Shown: positions 37,100 to 49,865 of the stretch, piece by piece
Numbering within the stretch: position 1 is the first letter of the stretch
Layout of the letters: each line of letters opens with the position of its first letter
DNA from: Phallusia mammillata
Lineage: Eukaryota
Direction: 5' to 3'
Assembly (NCBI GenBank): GCA_965637545.1
Contig: OZ281500.1
Span: 3,348,001-3,412,000 of the forward strand
Length of the DNA: 64,000 nt
Program-made: the position numbers and the translations under genes
The notes under the pieces: generated by a model
The model's input: the letters and a program-made list of their open reading frames with translations, nothing else
The model's database searches: none
Told to the model about the DNA's origin: nothing

Positions 37100-40000
37100 T
37101 CAGTCGAGAATCTGCCAAAAGTTGAGTCACAAGCACCAGTAAGAAGAATAAACAGTAAGAAGAATAAAATTCAAAATCCATAAATTAGACAGGGAGCCTA
37201 GGCCAGTTAAGTTTAATTAAAAGTTAACGTGGAAAAAGTAATTCAACTAGATTCTGCTGACCAACGTGGGAGAAATACTTCAAATAAAGGACGCTTTATA
37301 CAATGACAGGACATATTATGATAAACAAACTTGTTTATGGTGTATCAGATCCTCTACAGATATTTTTGCCACTTGAAACTGTCGTTGTGTAGTTGCTTTG
37401 ATAAACTTTAAATTTATTCCATCAAGCACAATTTCCTTGTTCATTTGGTTCGGCCATACAAGTACATTCTGCAATTTACATAAGCAGCAATCATTGCTTT
37501 GTAATTACCAACAAATAGGGACACAAACCATTGGTTTCTCAAGTTGAACGATAAATGCTATGCTTTCATGCAAAACGGTTCTCAAAAAACTTTCCACTTC
37601 ACCACCAGATGGTTCTTCTCCAATCATCAAATTATCAGTTGGATTATAGGCCTGAAATTACGCCAACAACAAGTTAAAGGCAATTCAAATTCAAATCTTA
37701 CCTAATCAAAACTCAAATTTGACCGACCTTGATTTTATAAAGAAACCGTTTCCCATCTATGTCCATGTTTCTGTCTCGGGAGAATGATCTGAAGCAAACA
37801 TTTTAATTAACTGCAGTACAAGCACAAAATTATTTGTGTAGTTACATGACACTGATGAGGGGTTGAAAAGTGTTACTGGGTTGGATGTCGATTGATCAAA
37901 AAACACATCAAGATCATTGAATTATTTTACCATTTCTTTTAGTTTAGGAAACTTGTATTTAACATGTTACAATCATAAGTGTTTCAAGCAAATTACAAAT
38001 ACTGTTTGTACCTTTGCCTGTGCGTTCTGTTAGTCTGCTCGAATGCTAGTGTTTCAGCTATCAATTTGTGTAAGAAGACGTATTGTCTCTGCAAAATGTG
38101 CGTCTGATTAATAACAAGTATGCAATGGCAGGCAGAGCAAAATCTTGCAAAAACCGTTACATATGGCTTATTTTAAATTTAATTCGTTTCTCGTACCAGA
38201 TTTTGAATCATTTCAACTCTCTGTTGTCGTATGTAAAAAAAACGCCTTAAAAATATCAACCGAACCAGTTTCACCCAATTCCTCAATCAAATAATCGAAT
38301 CCGATAAAAGTTCCAGTTCCGTTGGCTCCGGTACTGACAAAGTTAAAAGAATCGTGGTTCAAAAGCCTAACTTTGCACTTTGCAACAAACATTTACATTC
38401 GTGCCAATACCTGCAGTGAACTATAGTAGGTATTTCCATTTGCAGCTTTCCTTGCAGTTGTACTTGAGTTTCTCGTATTTCGTTAAGAAACCTAATCATG
38501 CCTGTGGTGGTCTGGTGAACTCCATCGCTGGGCCAAGCTACAAAGTGATATTGTGTGACAACACATGGTTCCTGCATAATACAACATAAGTGAAGCTATT
38601 TTTGAAATTTATTTTCTTCAGGTATTTCTGTATGAGGATATCTTTGTCGTAAATGCTGTATGCGTATACACCAAAACACCAATAATGCTTAAACCAGAAG
38701 GAAAAGCACAAATAAGATTAGATTCCAACATTTGCTTACAACTCAGATAAGCGAAAACAAACCACCACGTTTAAAGCGCTTCTTTATACGAAAACTATTA
38801 TACACATACCATTTCATAAGTGCTGTTCGATTCTTCCACATTCATTTTTCTGATGATGTAACTGCCTTTTGAAATTACGTCAACGACGCTTATACGAAAA
38901 CCCACACAGGTTTTGTGTTCATGTGCATTCTCAGGCCAACAATGGGAACGTTTTGTCTGATAAAAAAACATTTGGCTCCAAAAAAGGGAATTTGAAAACA
39001 GTATTTACAAGTGTATGTTAAAATTACGTTTGCATCTTCGTTCAAATTGCCAAGCACGACTATAAGTTGAACACGTTTGTTTCAAACCAACTTTAACAAT
39101 TCGTCCATACTTTTGTCAAGCGGACCTTCAATGGCGATCCATTTCTTTGGTTGCTTGTAACCCTGTTTTGTGGAATTGAAAATGAAAACACAGGATTTTA
39201 CTCGTTAACAACTACATTTACCAACCTTCACATAATGAGCGTAAAAAGAATAGTTCACATTTTCTTCCACACCACGAACAGTTGCTCGGCTGCGTTCATC
39301 TTCATAAAACGTAGAAAAAAACTTTATTGATACTTCGTCCTAATTTTGGCGTTCTTAAATAAACTTTTACCAAAGGTAAATACAGTTTGCTGATACTAGT
39401 TTAACACAATACTTGTATCTAACTTACGTGGTATAATATTCTCGTAGTGGATTCGACTCGGGTTGTGGTTTGGTGTTGGGGTTTCATAAACGCCTGAGTT
39501 TGTTGTGGATTTTTTCTCGATTGTCTACAAGTGTAAAAACCAGATTAGTTTTACTTAAAATAAATACCCATAACTTAAAATATTGGAATACATTTATTAA
39601 TCACGGTTTAACCACTATAGAAGTACATTAGCAATAACATCTTAGCACGAAAAAATACACAAACAACATACTTCAAACTGTGTTCTTAAAGTTTGGTGAC
39701 CGTTTTTCATGCTTTTAACGTAGAAATCCACAAGACGAGACTTCACAATTTCAGTGTTGCTTTCTAAACGAACATGAAGTAAGTTTTATGATTTAAAAAA
39801 CATTTTACCATTATCCATTCACAACTCAATCCACCTGTATTTAAACTGCTCAACCGTTTAACAAAGTTTGTTTCTGTGGGTACAATGGATTTTCTTCTTG
39901 AAAACCATTGTTGTGTTCGCTTTCTGTCAAAATAACAATGTATGTCGACGCCAAGCAATATTATTTGTTTTGTAGTTGTAACAACCAACACTTTTTGTAT

Positions 40001-41179
40001 GCCATGCATTAAATTAACAATAAGGTGAAAAACTGTCACCTGTAGGCAGCAAGCAGAGCAAATACAATAATAAGAAGAAACGCAGTTAAGGAAACAGCAA
40101 TCGCGGTCACAGGTAATGTAACAGGGGCTGTAAAACAATACATTACAATAAACCTTAACATAAATTAACTTTATCTGAAATCAAATCGCTGAAACAAATT
40201 AAAAAAAACTACTTCTAAAAGTTGTTTGTCAGGTAAGAATGTGACAGTAACCGATTTGCAGAAAAAAAAACTAAAACTTTTGAAATTGAAAACTCTTGCA
40301 CTGTTGAACTATCTTTTGTCGAACTAAAACGGACAAAAAAGTACCTTCAGGAAAATGTGTCTTGCATTCTCCAGTGACTTTAAACACAGTTTTGGTGCAA
40401 ACTGTTGTGATTGGTTGAAACGTGGCAATGATATGTTGGTTTGCACCAATCATCACACTGTGTTTCAGTGACCGATTCGGAATTAAACTTACTTTGGTCC
40501 AATTGTCTTGATCAGAAATATTTTGAATCTCCATGATATTATAACGAAGCTAAAAATTATTGAAATAAATTAAAGGTCGATTCCACAAAATAACTTACAT
40601 CAAATGTGATAAGTATGTACCTTGACCTCAGTTATACGAATTGAGGTATTCAGAGGAATTTCAATATTAATTTCGCAAACTCCCGACTCCAGTGACATGT
40701 GACCACTGACGTAATGAAATACGCTTGACGTCACCGCTGTGGAAACGTCAAATATCCACACTTCAGGAAACAAGCTCACCTAAAACGGTACACAAATCGG
40801 AAACAAGTAATTTATAATTAACCTAACACCCACACATGACTACCGATACGTCATAGGATACATCTGACTTGAAATTATCGATTGTGCTTGCGTAGATATG
40901 ATTGCTTGTTGACACTGGGTTGACAACTTTGCTGATGTTAACAAACTGATCCAAGTTCACTGCTGTTATGATGTAAGACTTCGATTCGTTGGTGACAGTC
41001 ATGTCTTTCCATTCAACTGTGATTCGATAAGGGTAGCAGTTGCTTGTGCTAATGATTTCCACTCCTATTAATGCACAAAAATGTGCAGAAAGTTTTTAAA
41101 AAATCGAGTCTTATATCATGACAGCAGTGAACTTAAATCAGTTTGTTAACATAACTTTTTTAACAAAAATCATTTAAAT

Positions 41180-41500
41180 CAGGGGTGGGCAAACTTTGTT
41201 ACTGTGGGGCCAAATACAATTGCGATGATTAGATCGTGGGCCGCACCTTTGTATAATAACACAAGGTGATTTTACTTCGTCACATACCAAAAATGCCTTA
41301 CTACAAGTAAAATTCGCATTTGATTCTAACAGCATATTGTCAGGTCGCAGAAAAATAGCACCGGGTGCACTAAACTGCTCAAAAAATGATAATAATTGGA
41401 CTCGTTTTCCATTACATTTGAAATCCAAGTGTCTCTGCGGGCCGCACAACTTTAATCAACAGGCCGCATGTGGCCCGCGGCCGCAGGTTGCCCACCCCTG
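41180..41500. mobile_element. hAT-type MITE, 321 bp
   Basis: TIRs caggggtgggcaa / ttgcccacccctg; perfect 8-bp TSD atttaaat. Confidence 0.92.
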
Positions 41501-43491
41501 ATTTAAATGCTTTACACTAATCAGCCAAAATAAAATTTCAAAAAACAATTTGTTAGTGATAAACTATTTGTCGTAATAATGTCCGTTTAAAGTTGCATTC
41601 ATTCTAAGATTTCAATGTTAATAAAAACAATTAATAGCAAACCTGAAAACACACATATGTAGTGGTTGTTTTTGTTGCATTCTGTTGTGGTAACCAAGTT
41701 TGCTGTTAAATTAAACGCAATACAGAAATTTTCTATTCCTTCTGTAGTGTTGACTATCGTGTGGTTTCCTATCACAAAGGCAACATGAAAAGTGCCGAAT
41801 AGACTTTAAAATTTACAACATACCTAGCAGCCATAGTAAGTCGGTATTAGTTAAATTTTGAATGAAGCTGTTATTCAGATGAGCAAGAGTTGGCAAAGAT
41901 CCACCAACTGATTTACAATATTCCTTTGCAATATTCCTCTGTATTTGCCGCCTAATAATTTCGTGTAATACACTCTATTCGAAAAACGACCTGATACGAA
42001 ACCAACAATAAAACACTCATAAATTTAAAAAAACACTTTTTGTACAAAGACTTCTAAATTACCCAGAAGTTAATGCTTATTGGCCTGAAATATTTTGGTG
42101 TGAATTTGGTGAGTGATCATTTTAGAGAGACTTATTTTTGACACTCTTTATATAACTTGAATTTGTTGGGCCTTTTTCGTAGTCAAAACTTCAAAAATAC
42201 TAAAAAAGTACAAACCTACTGCCGTAAAGACTGCAGTTGTATTGTATGAATTAACATTTGTAGCTTGACATTCGTATTCACCAAGTTGTTCGATTTTTGT
42301 TGGGTTGAAATAAAGATGAGAAACTGATTTGTATTTACCAATTGTCATCCTATGCTGGTATATCGAAAATTTGTTTGACGCACTAATCGAAGTTTCATTT
42401 CTAAACAGAATATAAGTTTAATACGTATTTTTGTACATACATTTTACATATACCTTATCCAGTGGGTAACTGGTAACGGATATCCGTATGATTTACAAGT
42501 GATAACAAGCATCTCTGGCAGCTTGACAGCTCTATTCATTGGTGAAACAGAAACGTTGGCTGCAACTATATAAAGTGGTTTTAATGGTGAAATAATCCGG
42601 TTATATACTACAGACATGCTGATGATTACTTGTAATATTTAATATTATTTTATAATACTTTTTCTTTAACGTTTTCGTCATCTGTTGTACAAACGTAAAC
42701 CCCAGAATATAAAACATCGTTGATAAGAATGTGGAGTCGTGTTGTTCTGGAGTATGTGTTTTCATTCAACACACTCGTGTAAATAGGAGCAGACTCAGAT
42801 TTGCTGACCGAAATTCCATTTCTGTAGCGAATTAACATGTTAAGATTTTGAAAAAAATCCGTATTTGTTTATTACTGAAAATGAAAAAAAAAACCTTTTC
42901 CATTCCACAATTGGTATTGGGGATCCGTATGAAATGCAATCAACCACGTATTGTTTAAGCTGCTCAGTGATTATTGCGGATTGTGAGCAGTATTCTTGAA
43001 GCGACTGTGGAAACATAAGTAAATTGAACAACTAATGTCATACAAGCAGTTTAAAGAAAGTTTTAAATGTTATTTGTTTACCTCTAATATATATTTTCGC
43101 TGTATGTGCAGGATCCCCAATGGTGCTTCGACATTCAAAAATTCCTTTTTGTTCATCGCTTGTAGCAGTGAGATAAAGACGGCTATTTTTCGAGTAGTTG
43201 CTTGCTGTGGGAATTTCTTGTTGATAGATCAACAAACTCTTCGAAGTTAAAACTGTTGCACCATTTCTAAAGATTTGCCAATAATAACGAAATCGAAAAC
43301 TTTACCATGTGATATGTTACCTGTACCAGTTGACTTCGGGTTTTGAAAATCCAAACGAAGTGCAATCAACTGTCACTTCCACACCATAGTCTGCTGTAAA
43401 GTTACTTCTGGAGACAGTTACAGCAGCCGGTACTAAAAAAAATCATGTGTTCCATTTTTTCAGTACCAAATCTAAATGCGAAGGTTTACCG

Positions 43492-43778
43492 CAGGGGTGG
43501 GCAACCTTTGTTACTGTGGGGCCATTTACAATAGCCAAAATTAGATCGCGGGCCGCACCTGTGCATAACACAAGGTGATTTTACTTCGTTGCTTACCAAA
43601 TATGCTAACCACAAGTAAAATTCGCATTACATTCTAGCCACATATTGCCCGATCGCAGAAAAATAGTATCCGGCATATTAATCTTCTCTAAAATATTTAA
43701 TAATTTGACTCGTTTGTTAATAGATTTCAAATTCAAGCGTCTCTGCGGGCCGCACAACCTTTAACCAAGGGCCGCATT
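43492..43778. mobile_element. Right-truncated copy of the 41180 MITE family
   Basis: Same left TIR and internal sequence; ends at gggccgcatt without the right TIR. Confidence 0.8.
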
Positions 43779-46700
43779 TCAAAGCAATTCAATAGTCAAA
43801 TCATGTGACTGAAGTTTCTTTTGTGTACTATTAAGACCATTACAATACAAAACAAATGCTTTATTACGTTACTATATAGAAGATAATTTAATGCAAGCAC
43901 TGCGCCGCGTGGGCAAACGAACATGAAAACACACATAGGCTAGTAGGTGAAAGGTCTTGTGACAGCGTGTTGTGACAAAATACTCTATGTATGAAAAAAA
44001 AACGACGGACCGACAAGTTCAGACCGTTTCTCATTGCAAAAAGTGAGAGTTAATTCTAGTGATTATTAAATAAATGTGAAAAATTTTGAAAGTGGTTCGC
44101 TACATTTGAAGTTACATTTGGTTGCTAAAATGGGTAGCAGAATGGATAAGGTTGAAAACCACTGATTTGAACTTACTGTTAGATGTAAATGATTCCGTTT
44201 TTGTACTTCCAACACCATTAGTTGTTGCACATTGGTAAACGTCAGATTGTAAAACATCAGTGATGGTTATATATAGTCTCACACGTTGCATGTAGGCCGA
44301 GTTTGCAACAGTGACTTGGTAAACAGACAAAGTTGTGTTCGTGGGCAATGCTACTCCATTTCTAAAAAAGGTTTAAAGCTAATAAAGAACCAAGCCCAAC
44401 AAATGTATTGCATTCGTACACTTGTTCCATGTAACAGTGGGGGATGGATATCCAAAAGAAAAACAGTCAATCAAGCGATGTTGGGTAGAACTGACACTGA
44501 TTGCAGATTCGATGGTTATGTTTGGAGAAACTAAATATCATAAGTTAATGAAGCAGCGACTTACAAGTTGATATTAAGTGGCTTGAGGTTAAGTAGAGCA
44601 GGTTATATTAAATAGGGACCTGTTGTACAGAAGACATATCATTCAATTTGGGCGTTGCTTGAAATAGTATTAAAAAGGATTTTACGACGGTTTTCGCCTT
44701 TACTTCCAACTGAGGAAATTGCACCAATATATAGGTCTCAAACAATTCATACCTTTAACTCTGAGGTTATTTGTTCTCGTTCCACCACCGTTCCAGTTTG
44801 TAGCTTCACAAACGTAATTTCATGCTTCAGTCGCGTCTCTCAAAGTAAAATATAGCACAGATCGACCTGTGTAGGTGTTCGGTTGACTGGTGGTTTGATA
44901 ACCGTTCCTTGACATTAAAAATGTCACTGCCACCCCACTCCTAGTTAAAAATACGGGCTCACGTTCTCTTCAAATATATTATTCATACAAAATATTGCAA
45001 TAACGACCTTTTCCATCGAACTGCTGGGTTTTCATATCCAACTGCAGTGCATGTAACACTTTGTTGTACTCCATACTGTGCTATTATCTCGCTTTTTTCG
45101 ATCGAATGTGTAAGGCTTGCTGTAAAATCAAATAATACAAATAATATCGGTCATTAACAACAATTTCTCACATTACCTGTTATTCCTAGATTGACCGTTC
45201 CTGTAGTTACACAGTTTAAGTTCCCAGAAATTTCAAATTGTAAGTTACCAATAAAGGACTCAGTGACACTGTTTATTGTGTGACTGAAGCTGGCTCCTTT
45301 GTAATTAGTTAAGAGCGTCACTCGTTGATTGTTGTTGTTAATTGCTGTGACGTTGAGAGGCTCTGTGTAAAGTCCTGATATTGTTCCGCGAATAGTGATT
45401 GATCCTTTATACAGCACTGAGTAGCTTGATTGCGAAAATGATATGACTCTAGGTTCTGTATAAACACCGTTTACAAAACATTGATTGCATGGAATATATA
45501 AATTACGGAATTTATTTATTTCAGTCCTTTGACTAAGGTTCCTAAAATATATAAAACACAGATTTAATTGCGATGGAAAAACAAAATTTAATACCGAGTC
45601 ACTGTCACTCTTAACTAACAGCGGGAATGGTACAAACTTAACATTCTCTTAACATGTGCTTTAACATACTACTTAGAATACTCTAACTAACAAATCTACA
45701 TTATTCGCGCGGAATAAGACAATCGAATAAAAAAAAAAAAACTGTCTATGTTAAGAGTTATACAGCCAAGGTCGAAAATGTTGTCATATCGTTTTCAGAG
45801 AAACATGAAATATAAGTTTTTAGTGTTTAAGTTTTGTATTTCATTACATTAGCGAACCTTCGTTTTCGCAAATGTAGTAATTGTTCGCATCACAACTACC
45901 AGTATCCCATCCCCATCCATTAGATTCTCGTACAAGTCGAACACACAGACTATTTCCAATATTTCCACCCAACCATGCTCCATATCCAACACTGGACCAG
46001 TGACCTGAAATAAACTTAAAGTAATAATTGCAGCAACACACAAGCTGTCTCGGGTTGGGTTGATGTCATTCTTAATGCTTTTTGTATCGTTTGGAGGACC
46101 AAATTTATGTCGCCTTGTTTATTGCCACATAATTTAGCATAACTGTGGCAAGAACAAAAAAATGTTTGGAAAAGTACGATATTGAAGTTTAGTACCGACG
46201 TTAACGTGTAGAAAAAAATGCATTAACCTGTTTAAACTTTATCAATTGCTAAACATGCAAAACAAAAATCTGCAGACGAATCAAATATTTTCATGATTGA
46301 AGTTCTTCCACGCATGTTTAGTAACTGCTCTATAGGAAAGTTTACAACCCAAACGTTGGAAAAGTTATTACCAACTAGAAGGGTGGCTTAGCACATATTG
46401 CCCTTGCATATACACTATAACCTATTTTAAAACATAAATATATTTCCTATGCTTATTTTGTATTGGGTCCCATATTAGCCATTGTCTTTTATAACTTTAG
46501 TCGTTTCTGCAGGCAAAAACTCATGGGTCCCCACACATGTAAAGTTGAAAATAATGCAATTCAAGAGATAACCATGAGAAAGTCGGGTGATGTAAGGTAA
46601 AACACAGTGATCGGCACTGGGCTTAAATAATAATACTATGAATACAAGCTATAAAATTAGATTCACCCCAGATATTGTTTGAAGTATGTCCTATTTAACG

Positions 46701-47263
46701 TTTTAAAAACTGACCCATTTTAGGGGGCTAGTAGAGCAACTAATTGGGTTCGACACACAAACTAAAAAATATGTAAAAACCACAATGACTCAATCAGTAG
46801 TACTGCAAAATTTCAGCCTAATCCGCCAATGTTTGAAATTTCAACCACTAGAGGTGTTTTAAGCAACAACCGTTAATGTTTCTGACGTCATAGGGCTGTT
46901 AACAAGCCCCTAACTGCCATGGCATCTTTTGTTTATTGTAACGCCAATAAACGAAGCGATACGAAAAACTCAAGAAACGAAATCATCAGGCCGATGAATT
47001 TCGGGCACGTCACGCCTGACAACAAAAACGACCACCAAGCAACCCACCAATGAGCAACATACAACTGGTTGCCCTTGTAACACTATTGCTCCAAAGAAAT
47101 CTTTCGTTTGTGGTGACCAGTAACACACAAATACGTTTTACACTTTAGGGGCTTGTGGGGGAAATGTTAGGACTACAGAGTTGAACGCAACAATCGACAC
47201 ATATAAATGGCATACTATACAAGAAATCCAAATTTTAGCCAATTCTGACACTGTTTAAAAACT

Positions 47264-47716
47264 CACCCATTTTAGGGGGCTAACGGGGTAAATAACGGGG
47301 TTATCAACAAAACAAAGTGGGATGCACATCTACATAACTATATCTACCATCTGTGTAAATTTCAGCCAAATCCATCAAACATTTGATGGTAAAACAAGTC
47401 GGACAAACTTCGGGGTAAAAACACCCATTTTAGGGGGCGAGCGGGGTAAATACTGGGGTTATCAACAAAAACAAAGTGGGATGCACATCTACATAACTAC
47501 ATCTACCATCTGTGTAAATTTCAGCCAAATCCATCAAACATTTGATGGAAAAACGAGTCGGACAAACTTCGGGGAAAAAATACCCATTTTAGGGGGCTAG
47601 CGGGGTAAATACTGGGGTTATCAACAAAAACAAAGTGGGATGCACATCTACCATCTGTGTAAATTTCATCCAAATCCATCAAGGATTTGATGGAAAAACG
47701 AGTCGGACAAACTTTG
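47264..47716. repeat. Tandem repeat, ~158-bp unit x ~2.9; related monomers at ~46.7-46.9, 47.15-47.26, 48.84 and 49.76-49.87 kb
   Basis: (c/t)acccattttaggggg at 47264, 47422 and 47581, with shared tgtgtaaatttcagccaaatccatcaa. Confidence 0.85.
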
Positions 47717-48214
47717 GGTAGAAGAAAAAATAAGAAAAAAAAACAAACATTTTGAGTAAAATCAATATGTGTCCCCTTCAGGGAAGGGGACCCATAATTA
47801 CTATGACGCTTTGGAATGGCTGGTAACGTTGATAACAGCCAGTTGCGCGTCTTACCTAAACCATGTCTACAAATAGGTAAACCTTCAGCCAATTTATTTT
47901 AAAACATATGCCTATACATTTGTCATAAACTTTCCCCTCGGAAATTCTACTTTAGATCAAGGTATTTTCGCTTGTCATTTGTTGTTTGTCTGCGAAAAAC
48001 TGTTTAATGAACAAAAAATAATTGGTAAACAGATTGCTAACCCAATATCAATTGGTAACTTGTGAACCACTTACCTTCTCCTGACATTTTCTTGGCGAAC
48101 ACAGTTCCATCCATCCATACAAATGATAAATGACTATAGACTCTCTTTTACTTCCCAAATACATATCTACAAGAAACGGGTTAACAATCTTACAGAAAGA
48201 TGAAAAACTTTTTC

Positions 48215-48332
48215 TGTTCACGCAAAAAAAATCTCAAAAAGCATTTTATATTCACGCAAAAAACTCTGCGGGCCGCACATCCTTTAATCAAAGGCCGCAT
48301 TTGGCCCTCGGGCCGCAGGTTGCACAACCCTG
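48215..48332. mobile_element. Right-end fragment of the 41180 MITE family
   Basis: ctctgcgggccgcac...ggccgcaggttgcacaaccctg; left part missing. Confidence 0.7.
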
Positions 48333-48889
48333 TTTTAAACCAAAAACGAGGAGAATATTTTAGTATTTTAGGGGACCACCCTTAGTTTGTGGTCCCTTGT
48401 TTGCACAGCTGTTTTGAATCAGTTAACTATGTTTGATTGCACTAAAAAATGTCTAACAAACGAACGCATTAATTAACTTGGCAAACGAACTGATGTCATA
48501 TACAATACAACACAAAAACATTAGTAGACTTACGATAAGCATTTTTACACAGGACAGAATAAAGTATCATCAAAGATGCACAAATCTGACAAAAATCTTC
48601 ATTCCATATTAGCCACCGTCTTTTATAACCTTAGTTGTTTCATTTCAAGAGATAACCATGAAAAAGTCGGGTATAGTAGGGCAAAAACAGTGATCGGCAC
48701 TGGGTTTAAATAATAATACTACGTATAGTACAAACTATCAGATTCACCCCAGATATTGTTTGAAGTAAATCCTATTTAACATTTAACAAGAAAAGAGGGA
48801 GTAAATAGTGGCATAATGCATTCAATTTAAGTTGTTTAGAAAATTAACCCATTTTTGGGCGCTATTGGAGTAAATGTTGTGGCTACAAG

Positions 48890-49070
48890 CATTGGTGGGA
48901 TCCAAAATTTATGTAGGCCGGTTCTATCACAAAAGTCATATTTTTCAGCCGGATCTGTTAAAAAAGAGTTTATTGACAGTAAGCAATAATGCTAACCGGT
49001 TCGCTAATCTCATAAAATTTCGTGAGACGTTTCTATAGAACCGATGCGAAACGGCTGAATCCCATCACTG
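48890..49070. mobile_element. hAT-type MITE, 181 bp
   Basis: Degenerate TIRs cattggtgggatcc / gaatcccatcactg; TSD gctacaag / gctaaaag (one mismatch). Confidence 0.7.
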
Positions 49071-49113
49071 GCTAAAAGGTAAAATTCAATCGAAACTTAC
49101 AAATCGCGTACTT

Positions 49114-49747
49114 CAGGGGGGGTGTCAAACTCGCGGCCCGCGGGCCGCATGCGCCCCACAAAGCTCCCCAATGCGGCCCACGAACACTCAACAACAATTG
49201 TATTATTTTGTCAGATATTTTTGCGGCCATGAACAAATATAGGTACTGGCGGCCGTGACACAATTAAAACTTTTTTGCCAAATATTTTAATTTTTAAACT
49301 GCTCTAATCAGATTTTGTGGGACCGGAAAGAGCATTACCAGCCTAGTAGCCATATGCGTCAGACATTTTGTACGCCTATTGTGTGCAAACAATGCGAAGA
49401 ACGGGAACCATAAGCGTTACAATATAGATTATGCCGTAACAAGCAATTTAAACTGATCTTCACACTGTGCAGCTCACTCTGTGCATCAAGTTGGAAATTA
49501 ATCTGGGCTTTTGGGGCGTCAATAGATGATATATATGTGATATAAACCTATTTCTTTACATCTGTAATTTTAAAATAAAAACCAGCAGGTAATTGGCTGC
49601 TGTTGGTGAAATAAGGATCTGCAAAGCGGCCGTAGTAGCGAAAAGGTTTTTTAGGTGTTTAAAACCAGATTAAAAATCACATGCGGCCCTCGGCATAATT
49701 TCTAAACTGCCATGTGGCCCCCGTACCCGACAAGTTTGACACCCCTG
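49114..49747. mobile_element. hAT-type non-autonomous element, ~634 bp
   Basis: TIRs caggggg(gg)tgtcaaact / agtttgacacccctg with GGCCCG-rich subtermini; no TSD match seen. Confidence 0.7.
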
Positions 49748-49865
49748 CTTTACATGCTACCCAAATTTTAGCCAATTCCGACACTGTTTAATAAACTCAC
49801 CCATTTCAGGGGGTAGTGGGGTGAAATTAGGGCTACAAGGTTAAACATAACAACCAGCTCCTATA

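Larger units (their letters stand above)
36028..48602 (-). pseudogene. Gene C: RPTP pseudogene (A-like ectodomain, B/D-like cytoplasmic half, lacks Ig6-7 and CTLD exon 1)
   Basis: Lesions: frameshift in the start exon (ATG 48602, stop after 10 codons); 92-nt CTLD exon 2 (48075-48166); frameshift in Ig4 first half (~42.99 kb); in-frame TGA at 39082-39084; +1 in an A8 run (exon 38197-38333 is 137 vs 136 nt); 61-nt D2 exon near 37.75 kb; last exon 56 vs 60 nt. TM exon near 40.04-40.13 kb is still intact. Confidence 0.88.

Noticed and set aside
47264-47892. CRISPR-like array, or the 123-aa and 92-aa ORFs
   Set aside because: Eukaryotic context, whole ~158-bp units repeat without unique spacers, and the ORFs are by-products of the repeat.
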